Shown piece after piece: positions 1 through 8,700 of a DNA stretch of 64,000 bases (position 1 is the stretch's first letter; each line of letters starts with the position of its first letter). This stretch comes from Eledone cirrhosa (taxonomy: Eukaryota). Under the pieces are notes generated by a model. The model was not told the origin of the DNA. It did no database searches and saw only the letters and a program-made list of their open reading frames with translations. The stretch is taken from the NCBI GenBank assembly GCA_964016885.1, contig OZ024740.1:256370001-256434000 (forward strand), in the 5' to 3' direction. The position numbers and the translations under genes were made by a program.

Positions 1-13
1 ATATATATATATA

Positions 14-193
14 AATCAGGACGGGTTCAGTTTGAAACTAGTTAGAACATTACTCACCAGAGTACTTGATACTTGGGGTAGTAGAGTATGGTTAAGTTAT
101 AAAGAATCGGGACCCCGACGGCTGAACTCTTGCCGTTTCAACAGCTTTTTGAAACGGCAAGAGCTTAGCCGTCTGGGTCGCGACTCTTTATAA
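14..193 (-). mobile_element. Small palindromic element in (TA)n, diverged relative of the 783-975 family (probably Penelope-derived)
   Basis: Imperfect hairpin 97-193 (GGACCCCGACGGCTG...CCGTTTCAA/TTGAAACGGC...AGCCGTCTGGGTC). Tail GAGTACTTGATACTTGGGGTAGTAGAGT resembles the reverse complement of 903-927. Confidence 0.6.
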
Positions 194-269
194 TATATAT
201 ATATATATATATAAACATATACACACACACACTCACATATATATATACATACACACACACACACACACA

Positions 270-345
<76 letters not shown>

Positions 346-707
346 CATATATATATATATATATAGGTGTGTATGTGTGTGTGTGTTGCAATGATATATA
401 CGCTTTCCAGCTGTGACGACTAACACCAGCATACCGCGTCTCTGTGAATAGACACATAGATGCAGAGATACGCACACACAAATATATATCATATTAATAA
501 AACAAATGAGTCACGTGTAATCGACTTTCTGCAGGACTTGTTTGTTAATTTGAGCTTGTATATGCTTTGATGTCATTCTACTTACCAGGCTCACAGTGTT
601 GGCAAAATGAAGAGCAACAGCAAAGCAGCTATCTAGAGATACCTATGTATTTTCCTGCAAGAGAATTAGTATCTATATATCTATCTATCTATTTTAGTGT
701 TATATAT

Positions 708-782
<75 letters not shown>
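194..782. repeat. (TA)n/(CA)n microsatellite tracts
   Basis: Direct reading; main tracts ~194-385 and ~700-782. Confidence 0.95.
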
Positions 783-785
<3 letters not shown>

Positions 786-972
786 CGAGTAGGACCCCGA
801 CGGCTGAGCTCAAGCAGTTTCGACGGCTAATTCTGGACATAAAATTAGCCGTCGAAACGGCTTGAGCTCAGCCGTCGGGGTCCTACTCGTTCCTATTACC
901 CACTCTACTACCCTAAGTATTGAGTACTTTGGTGCGTTATGGTCCATCTGGTTCTTTACCACATTTCCATCG

Positions 973-975
<3 letters not shown>
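783..975 (+). mobile_element. Palindromic non-autonomous element with the 3' half of a hammerhead motif, embedded in (TA)n
   Basis: Palindrome 783-892 plus a unique tail to ~975. Near-identical copy at 42469-42668 and a fragment at 39516-39577. Contains GAAA-CGGCT-loop-AGCCG-TC. Confidence 0.75.
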
Positions 976-1065
<90 letters not shown>

Positions 1066-1432
1066 TGGTTACACAACAGTTAGTTCACCATACCGTGATA
1101 TTATATTTGATAATATACTGTATATTTATTTTAAAACACTTTGAAGACCATTCGCTATGAGTTTTAAAGTAGTGAATATGTCACTTACTTAGTTTAGGCA
1201 AAAACAACGGGAACCGACAGCTGTTTCTCGCTCGTTAACGGTTATCAAGATTGCATATCCCTTCGCTTCTGTCGAGACTTACAGAAGCTGGATTCTTATA
1301 GAATTCCAGTAATGTTTAAGAGCTGATTAAGCAGAGCAGTTGCCGGTCCAGCAAAATTATGAATTAGTATCAGTACTATGAAATAACGATGTATGAATGA
1401 AATGTATGTATAGTATATTTGATAATATACGT

Positions 1433-2328
1433 TGTGATCGGTGGAAACTCCAGCTTCCAGCTTGGGTTTGTGCAGGGGAAGAGCGACGACGTCCTTGGGG
1501 AGACTCTGGGTGTCGAGGAAGATCAACTAGCCATTCTTTTCGGGAGAACTTTCGGACCAGGGCCCATGGACAACTTTCAGAAATCCCTGGCCTGGCAGTG
1601 CTACCGGTGAGCGTTGTCAGTTCGGGATGAACTCTACAGGCATGGAAGTCCCACCCGCCTAGGCTGTCCGAGATGCGCGCAGGGCAACGAAACCGCCCTG
1701 CACGCATTCGTCCAGTGTCCGAGCATTGCTGACTTGTGCTTTATGTCGAACATCTGCTGTCACGTGTAGGACGGATCCGGCTATCAGCTGAGTCCATCAT
1801 GAGGATTGCCCCGCTGTCTTCCTTTAGCCAGGAAGGTCAGGCAGTTTTTATCTGTCTGGTGGCCATGGCGAAAGAGATAGTATGGTGGACACGTTTGAAA
1901 GGGCTGAAGACGAGCACTTACCTCTTCGGTGATGCCCTGATTAACTTTTCAAATTTCATTTGAAAAGGAAAATAAGGGTGGAGAGGGAAGTGCTCTTTTC
2001 ACAGCATTTTATTGAAAGATGGGTGAGAGAGGATAGCATGGCCCGAATGAATGGGCTTGCTGTGAGAATGCGCCTTTAAATTGAAGGCGGAAAACTGGGA
2101 GAGGGCACTTGCCCTGGTGGTCAGGGTCACCGTGGCTTTTTTAATGGGCTTTCTCCAGGAATGTCCCTCGGAAGTCTCCCCCTTATTAGGGAATTTTCCT
2201 TTGTTTCTTTGTAGTCATTTTTTTGTTTTTTACTTTACACGCAGGAATGACCATTTGACAATCCTGTACCGTCCTGTGTTGTCCTTAAAGTTATACTTTA
2301 TGTCACCCCTCGTGGTTAATAAAGAAAA

Positions 2329-2368
<40 letters not shown>
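1433..2368 (+). mobile_element. Tx1/L1 LINE copy 1, 5'-truncated and frameshifted
   Basis: Matches the ORF2 C-terminus of copy 2 (GKSDDVLGETLG, DNFQKSLAWQCYR, MAKEIVWWTRLK); 3' UTR, AATAAA and (ATT)n tail at ~2329-2368. Confidence 0.93.
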
Positions 2369-2581
2369 GAATGCCATGGTTGACGGAGGCTCGGCTCTGT
2401 AAGGTATAGTAATTTTTAACCGTTAAAACAATTGTAAATTGTTTAAAACTTGAACCAAATTGTTGATAAAGACACCCTCCTCCTCGTGAGAGGGGTCTTT
2501 CTGTCCGTTATTTGGCCCTTCGGGGTTAAATAGCCAGTTATTGGGGTTTTGTACCCAAAATTTCATTTTAAACAAAAAAAC

Positions 2582-4681
2582 ATGGCTACCAAAAAAAAAA
2601 AATTTCATACGTCACTCCCACTCATTCCGTCTTCTTCTTCCTCAATCATCACTACAGGAGAGAGAAGATTGTCTCTCTCCCTCCCTTCTTTAAATGTGTC
2701 TCTCTCCCTACCTTCTCTTTCGCAAGCGACGAAAGAAAAGAAAAGTCTCGTGCAAAGCGTGCAAGGTTTCTCCACGACGACGACGACAGCGACGAAACAG
2801 GTGTGCGGGAAATACGAAAACCCAGTTCATTCGTCTGACGTCAGGAATAATAGCAGTAGCAGCCGTAATAACAACAGCAACAGTGACAATGAAAACAACA
2901 GTAGCAGCCGCAACAGCATCACCAGCAGCATAAACAACAACACCATTAGCAGCAGCAACACCAACAACAACCACAGCAACAGCGGCGGAGGCAGTAGTCG
3001 TAGTACCTGCAGCAACAACAAAAGTACCAGCAGCTCTGACGACAACAACAACAGCAGAGAAAAACCAATCTCATTTGCAGGTATTGCGAAAAACCTGGAA
3101 ACAATCCTCATAACAAATGAGGAATTAGAGGAAGCGAAGAAGATGGTGACAAAGAACGGACACCGAGCAATCTGCAAGGCAGCGAAAAATTTTTTCGAAA
3201 CCCAAGAGCACTGTACGGTCACGTACCGTACAGTAAGTACAAAATCCCGTAGGGTGGAAAGAGCCACAGAGGCCCAAATACAAAAAGCCTTGGGGTCTGT
3301 GTGGCAGAGGAAAACGCACATCACCCGAGGCAAAAAATACGCCACCGTAGACGTACTTTTTGCCACACCCCAGGAGGCAAAGGCCCAATCAGTAGTGACC
3401 CTAAGGAGCGAGGAAATGGTGTTGGTGCCCTCCTACTGCGGGCAAAAAATTGTGAGGGTCAAACTGACCCACGTCCCCCCCGGAATGACCCCTTCTTGGC
3501 TGGCCGCGTCTGTCCTCGTCGGAATCGAGGACAAAACAACTGTACTGCAAGTACAGAAAAAAGTAAGAGAAGATTGGGTCGGCTCCTCCATTGAGATGCT
3601 AATACAAACCAACCAGGAGTGCATCGAAGCTATCCCGGATGTGATAGACTTCGATAACGGCACTCAACTGCCCATAAGTGTTGAGGGCAAACGCCCGAAA
3701 TGCTTTCGCTGTGGATCGAAGACTCACCTCAGGGCCTTCTGCAACGAGAAGACCCTGAGAAAGGAGAAAACCCCCCTCCTCCCGAATCCGGTTCCACGGC
3801 TACCAGCAACAGGACAAGCGGCAACCAGGAACGATAGGTCCGTGGCACCCATACCCACTCCACGGAAATCAAAGACAGCAGCAGCAGTGGAAATATTAAC
3901 AACAACAACAGCAATACCAAATGCAGCTGCAACAGAGACTCCAGTGCAAACATCACCAACAACAACAAGTGAAAGAGTGGAGCTGGTACCCCTCCCCGAC
4001 CTTACAGAATCAGACATGGAGTGTGAGGTGGGAGAGGGATGGCAAAAGGTCTCAAGAAGGCACAAACGCAGAAGCAGCGCATCGTCGCCTTTGAAAAGGG
4101 AGGAAAGAAATGAGAAAAGGGTAAAGTCTACTGCAAAGAGACCCACAGCAGCAACACCACCAACACCATCACCACCCACACCAGCACCACCATCACCACC
4201 GGCGACAACCCCACCGCCAACAACACCTTCAACACCACCACCACAAGCACCAACATCGCAAACACAACAACAAAACACACACACCCAGCAACAACGACAA
4301 GAAAATAGCAGAACCACACCCCACCCCCAGAAAAACAAATGCACGGCAATAAACACACACAACAAGAAACTAATGACTTACATAATTGAACACACAGACA
4401 TTTCACAACAGGACTACATAATACCAGCACCAATCAAAACGCCAACTAACATAAGACTGCTAAAAATAGCACAGAAACAATACACAAACATTAAAACGAA
4501 ATTTCCCAACGCAGTTGGTGATTTCAGGGACCTAGGAGGAACCATTAATCGAAGAGTATATTCAGACATTCTCTTAGAAGAGCCGACGACCAGCCGAAGG
4601 GACGATTCAACGGTCCCTTCACCAGACGATCAAGTGAAAAGGGATGTAAAAACCATCCCTCCTCTACCAAAAATACGGTAA
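2582..4681 (+). CDS. LINE ORF1p (gag-like nucleic-acid-binding protein with CCHC zinc knuckle)
   Basis: First ATG at 2582 (the track start at 2549 is a TTG). CFRCGSKTHLRAFC fits CX2CX4HX4C; Asn/Ser-rich N-terminal and Pro/Thr-rich C-terminal low-complexity regions; homologous ORFs in copies 3, 5 and 6. Confidence 0.9.
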   Translation: MATKKKKFHTSLPLIPSSSSSIITTGERRLSLSLPSLNVSLSLPSLSQATKEKKSLVQSVQGFSTTTTTATKQVCGKYENPVHSSDVRNNSSSSRNNNSNSDNENNSSSRNSITSSINNNTISSSNTNNNHSNSGGGSSRSTCSNNKSTSSSDDNNNSREKPISFAGIAKNLETILITNEELEEAKKMVTKNGHRAICKAAKNFFETQEHCTVTYRTVSTKSRRVERATEAQIQKALGSVWQRKTHITRGKKYATVDVLFATPQEAKAQSVVTLRSEEMVLVPSYCGQKIVRVKLTHVPPGMTPSWLAASVLVGIEDKTTVLQVQKKVREDWVGSSIEMLIQTNQECIEAIPDVIDFDNGTQLPISVEGKRPKCFRCGSKTHLRAFCNEKTLRKEKTPLLPNPVPRLPATGQAATRNDRSVAPIPTPRKSKTAAAVEILTTTTAIPNAAATETPVQTSPTTTSERVELVPLPDLTESDMECEVGEGWQKVSRRHKRRSSASSPLKREERNEKRVKSTAKRPTAATPPTPSPPTPAPPSPPATTPPPTTPSTPPPQAPTSQTQQQNTHTQQQRQENSRTTPHPQKNKCTAINTHNKKLMTYIIEHTDISQQDYIIPAPIKTPTNIRLLKIAQKQYTNIKTKFPNAVGDFRDLGGTINRRVYSDILLEEPTTSRRDDSTVPSPDDQVKRDVKTIPPLPKIR

Positions 4682-4716
4682 GTGGTCTTTCCCATCTTTT
4701 CCACTCTATTTTAAAC

Positions 4717-7700
4717 ATGACCTCACTCAGAATAGGCAGCATAAATGCGCGTGGCTTGGGGTCGTCATGGAAGCAGGGTCACCTGCTCAACGACCTCAGG
4801 TCACTAAACATAGATGTAGTGGCCATCAGCGAGACCAGAATCTCCGAAGCACGGGCCTTCGCACCGATCTTCGGCGGCTACGATGTGTACGCATCTCCCA
4901 GCCGTCCTGGATCCGGTGGAGGAGTTGCTGTACTTTTTCGGAGAGGTTTGGATCTCGCCATACGGGCCATCTTCCTGGACCCAGAGGGTAAGCTGGTGGT
5001 GCTGGACGTGACCAGCGGAGACGGGCAAGCTTTCAGGCTAGTGGCCGTCTATGCCCCGACAGGAGCAGGGCGGCCTGATTTCTTCCGGCGTCTGGAGACC
5101 TTTCTTGGAACGTCCCGCTCTTTAGTGTTAGTGGGCGACTGGAACGGGATCTTAGATGCACGCTGGGACTGTGTGGGATTAGCGGATAGGGGTGGAGGGT
5201 GCAAGAGCCTCACCAACCTGCTCAGGCGTTTTGAACTGTCTGACAGGTACCGATTGGATTTCCCGAATGTGCCAATGTGGACTTGGACAAACCGCATAGG
5301 GTCATCCAGATCATATCTAGATAGAGTATTTTGTAGGGAAATAGATAGGTCTAGCATAGGCTGTCCACAATTCAAGATAGTCAGCTACACGGACCACAAA
5401 TTCGTGATCTGTGTGCTTGACTTAGATAGGCTTCATAGACGAGGACCCGGCTACTGGAAGCTAAACGCGTCCTTACCAGCGCGCAAGGCCTACAGAGACC
5501 GGATTAGCGAACTAGTTAAGCGGGCGTTGACGGGGGCCATCGTCAACAACAAGTGGTGGTTTGCTCTGAAAAGAGCGATTAGAATAGAATCGATTAGGTT
5601 TAGTAAGGCTTTAGCAATAGAGAAAAATAGAGCAGAGGGAGAACTAGTTAGAAAATTAGACGAGGCGCTTAGCAAAGGCATTGCGACCGACGTGCTTGCG
5701 GCGAAATTGGCCCTTGACCAATTCTTCAATGCAAAGCACGAAGGCTGCGTTGTCAGAGCTAGGGTGCGTGCTCTCAGACACGAGGGGACGAAAGCCGTTC
5801 AATGGGCCCGAGTGGCGGAGGCGCGTCGTGGCAACAAAGCCACGATCCGGTCTTTGGTGGACCACGACGGGCGCATGCTACTCGATCCCGGGCAAATGTG
5901 TGAAACTTTTCAGCGACACTTCGCTCAGCTGTTCGGGGGCAGCGGGGGGCCGGGTAGAGGGATGGACTTTAGTGTCTACCTCGACGGGCTGCCGCGGCTC
6001 TCGGCCACTGAGGCGAGGTGTTGCGAAAAGCCGATAACAGCCGCTGAAGTACGGGAGGCAATGACTGGCTGCACAAGGGGTAAATCGCCTGGTTTGGATG
6101 GTCTGCCCTATGAACTTTACGTACAGATGCCAGACTTGTTCGGAGGCCTCTTGGCGGACGTCTACTGCAACTGGCAACAGAACGGGAGAATTCCCAGTTC
6201 TGTGAGCCGAGGAGCGGTGGCACTGCTGAGAAAGGATCCGAACAAGGGGGATAACATAGACAATTTCCGGCCCATAACTCTGCTAAACACAGAGTTTAAG
6301 ATTTTGGCCAAGGTGCTAGCAAAGAGGTTGGCGCTTGTCGTTGGTGGTCTGGTGGGAGAGGCGCAGACATGCGCCATTCCCGACAGATCCATCCACGACA
6401 ACCTCCACCTCATGCGATACATCGTAGAGAGGGTAGCTAGGGAACCTGGCACGGGTGGGTCCTTGATCAATTTAGATCAGTCGAAAGCTTTCGATAGGGT
6501 CGACCATCGTTACCTAGCGGCAGTCCTGAGGGCGGCTGGCTTTGGGCCCGTCTTCAGAGGCTGGATCGCTGCCATGCACAGCGACATCTGCTCTGTGGTG
6601 AGAGTGAACGGTCACCTGTCGGAACCGTTCAACATCATGCGCTCGGTCCGCCAAGGATGTCCCCTCTCGTCCCTCTTGTACGTATTGACTCTCGAGCCAT
6701 TACTGCACAAACTGGAGACGTTGAGGGGAGTCCCGCGCGAACTAGGATGCGGAAGATCCGTGTCAGCATATGCGGACGATGTCACCGTAGTGGTGTCGAA
6801 CGCCAAACACATCGAGGCGATCGGCACTACACTAAGAGAATACGAAGCGGTGACAGGAGCAATGATCAACCAGGAAAAGTCAGTGGGCCTGCAGCTCGGC
6901 ACCTGGAGAGGCAGGTCCATGCCGTCCAACAGCGTCGTCGGGCGCTGGACGGACGGACCGGTTAAATTGCTAGGGGTCTGGTTCGGTCCGGACCTCCAGA
7001 CGGACAAAAACTGGGACGAGGTGACGAGCAGGGTGGCTTCTCTCACCCAGAAATGGGCGGAGAGGAAGCTATCCCTGAAAGGTCGAGCGGAGGTGGCTAA
7101 CGCGTACATCGCGTCTGTCATCTGCTACCGCCTAACCGTCGTACCTTGTCCTAAGCCTCGCCTGACTGCGCTGGAGCGTTTGCTCTTTCGCTTTTTGTGG
7201 AAGGGACGTGCTCCGATGGTCAGGCGGTCCATCTGTTGTCAACACCCGCTACGTGGAGGGCTGGGCATGCCGTGGCTGATGATGCGCAGGCACGCGCTCA
7301 GGCTACGACATCTCCACCTCTTCCTCGACGGTGATCAGGTGTGGTCGCCGTTTGCTAGACGCGTTTTTCCCCAGCTCGTTTCCTTGACGGAGCTGCAGTC
7401 CTGGGTCAAGCGAAGACCGAGAGGGAGCGCCTGGAGACTGGAATGTCTTCAGGCGCTCACAGCCCTCGACCAATCGGGCAATGTGATCGGTGGAAACTCC
7501 ACCTCGGCGTTCTATAGAGGATTAGTGGAGGGGAAGAGCGACGACGTACTTGGGGAAACTCTAGGCGTCGACGAAAATCAACTAGCCAATCTCTTCGGAA
7601 GAACTTTCGGGCCAGGGCCTATGGACAACTTCCAGAAATCTCTGGCCTGGCAGTGCTACCGAGGAGCCTTGCCAGTTCGGGATAAACTCTACAGGCATGG

Positions 7701-8136
7701 AGGTGCCGTCAGCCGGGCATGTCCGAGATGCGCGCAGGGCGACGAAACCGTCCTGCACGCACTCGTCCAGTGTCCGAAAATTGCTGACTTGTGGGTTTAT
7801 GTCGAACACCTGCTGTCGCGTTTAGGACGGATCCAGCTATCATCTGAGTCCATCGTGAGGATTGCCCCGCCCTCCTCCTTTAGCCGGGAAGGGCAGGCAG
7901 TTTTTATCTGTCTGGTGGCCATGGCGAAAGAGATAGTATGGTGGACACGTTTGAAAGGGCTGAAGACGAGCACTTACCTCTTCGGTGATGCTCTGATTGA
8001 CTTTTTCAAATTTCATTTGAAAAGGAAAATCAGAGTAGAGAGGGAAGTGCTCTCTTCCCAGCATTTTGTTGAAAGATGGGTGAGAGAAGCAAGAATGGCC
8101 CGAGTGAATGGGCCGACTCTGAGTATATATCTGTAA
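4717..8136 (+). CDS. LINE ORF2p: APE endonuclease + reverse transcriptase + C-terminal Cys/His finger (L1/Tx1 clade)
   Basis: APE motifs SINARG, ISET, VYAP, GDWN, LDRV, TDH. RT motifs KSPGLDG, FRPITLLN, DQSKAFDRV, VRQGCPLS, YADD. C-terminal CPRC..ETVLHALVQC. Confidence 0.97.
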   Translation: MTSLRIGSINARGLGSSWKQGHLLNDLRSLNIDVVAISETRISEARAFAPIFGGYDVYASPSRPGSGGGVAVLFRRGLDLAIRAIFLDPEGKLVVLDVTSGDGQAFRLVAVYAPTGAGRPDFFRRLETFLGTSRSLVLVGDWNGILDARWDCVGLADRGGGCKSLTNLLRRFELSDRYRLDFPNVPMWTWTNRIGSSRSYLDRVFCREIDRSSIGCPQFKIVSYTDHKFVICVLDLDRLHRRGPGYWKLNASLPARKAYRDRISELVKRALTGAIVNNKWWFALKRAIRIESIRFSKALAIEKNRAEGELVRKLDEALSKGIATDVLAAKLALDQFFNAKHEGCVVRARVRALRHEGTKAVQWARVAEARRGNKATIRSLVDHDGRMLLDPGQMCETFQRHFAQLFGGSGGPGRGMDFSVYLDGLPRLSATEARCCEKPITAAEVREAMTGCTRGKSPGLDGLPYELYVQMPDLFGGLLADVYCNWQQNGRIPSSVSRGAVALLRKDPNKGDNIDNFRPITLLNTEFKILAKVLAKRLALVVGGLVGEAQTCAIPDRSIHDNLHLMRYIVERVAREPGTGGSLINLDQSKAFDRVDHRYLAAVLRAAGFGPVFRGWIAAMHSDICSVVRVNGHLSEPFNIMRSVRQGCPLSSLLYVLTLEPLLHKLETLRGVPRELGCGRSVSAYADDVTVVVSNAKHIEAIGTTLREYEAVTGAMINQEKSVGLQLGTWRGRSMPSNSVVGRWTDGPVKLLGVWFGPDLQTDKNWDEVTSRVASLTQKWAERKLSLKGRAEVANAYIASVICYRLTVVPCPKPRLTALERLLFRFLWKGRAPMVRRSICCQHPLRGGLGMPWLMMRRHALRLRHLHLFLDGDQVWSPFARRVFPQLVSLTELQSWVKRRPRGSAWRLECLQALTALDQSGNVIGGNSTSAFYRGLVEGKSDDVLGETLGVDENQLANLFGRTFGPGPMDNFQKSLAWQCYRGALPVRDKLYRHGGAVSRACPRCAQGDETVLHALVQCPKIADLWVYVEHLLSRLGRIQLSSESIVRIAPPSSFSREGQAVFICLVAMAKEIVWWTRLKGLKTSTYLFGDALIDFFKFHLKRKIRVEREVLSSQHFVERWVREARMARVNGPTLSIYL

Positions 8137-8396
8137 ACTAAAGGTGGAAAACTGGGAGAGGGCACTTGCCTTGGTGGTCAGGGTCATTGTGGCTTTTTAC
8201 TGGGCTTTCTCCACAAATGTCCCTCCGAAGTCTCCCCCCTATTGGGGAATTTTTCATTGTTATTTTCATTGTTATTTTTGTTACATCCTCTGTTTTTGTT
8301 TTTTTACACGCAGAAATGCCCATTTGTACCGTCCTGCATTGTCCTGCACTGTCCTTAATGTCTACTTTATGTAAACCCTTGTGGTTAATAAAGAAA

Positions 8397-8700
<304 letters not shown>

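Noticed and set aside
233-1144. YIYI/THTH/VCVC ORFs here and at 35.7, 38.7-39.6, 41.7-42.4, 44.7-45.1, 47.2-48.3 and 50.4-50.9 kb
   Set aside because: Translations of dinucleotide microsatellites.
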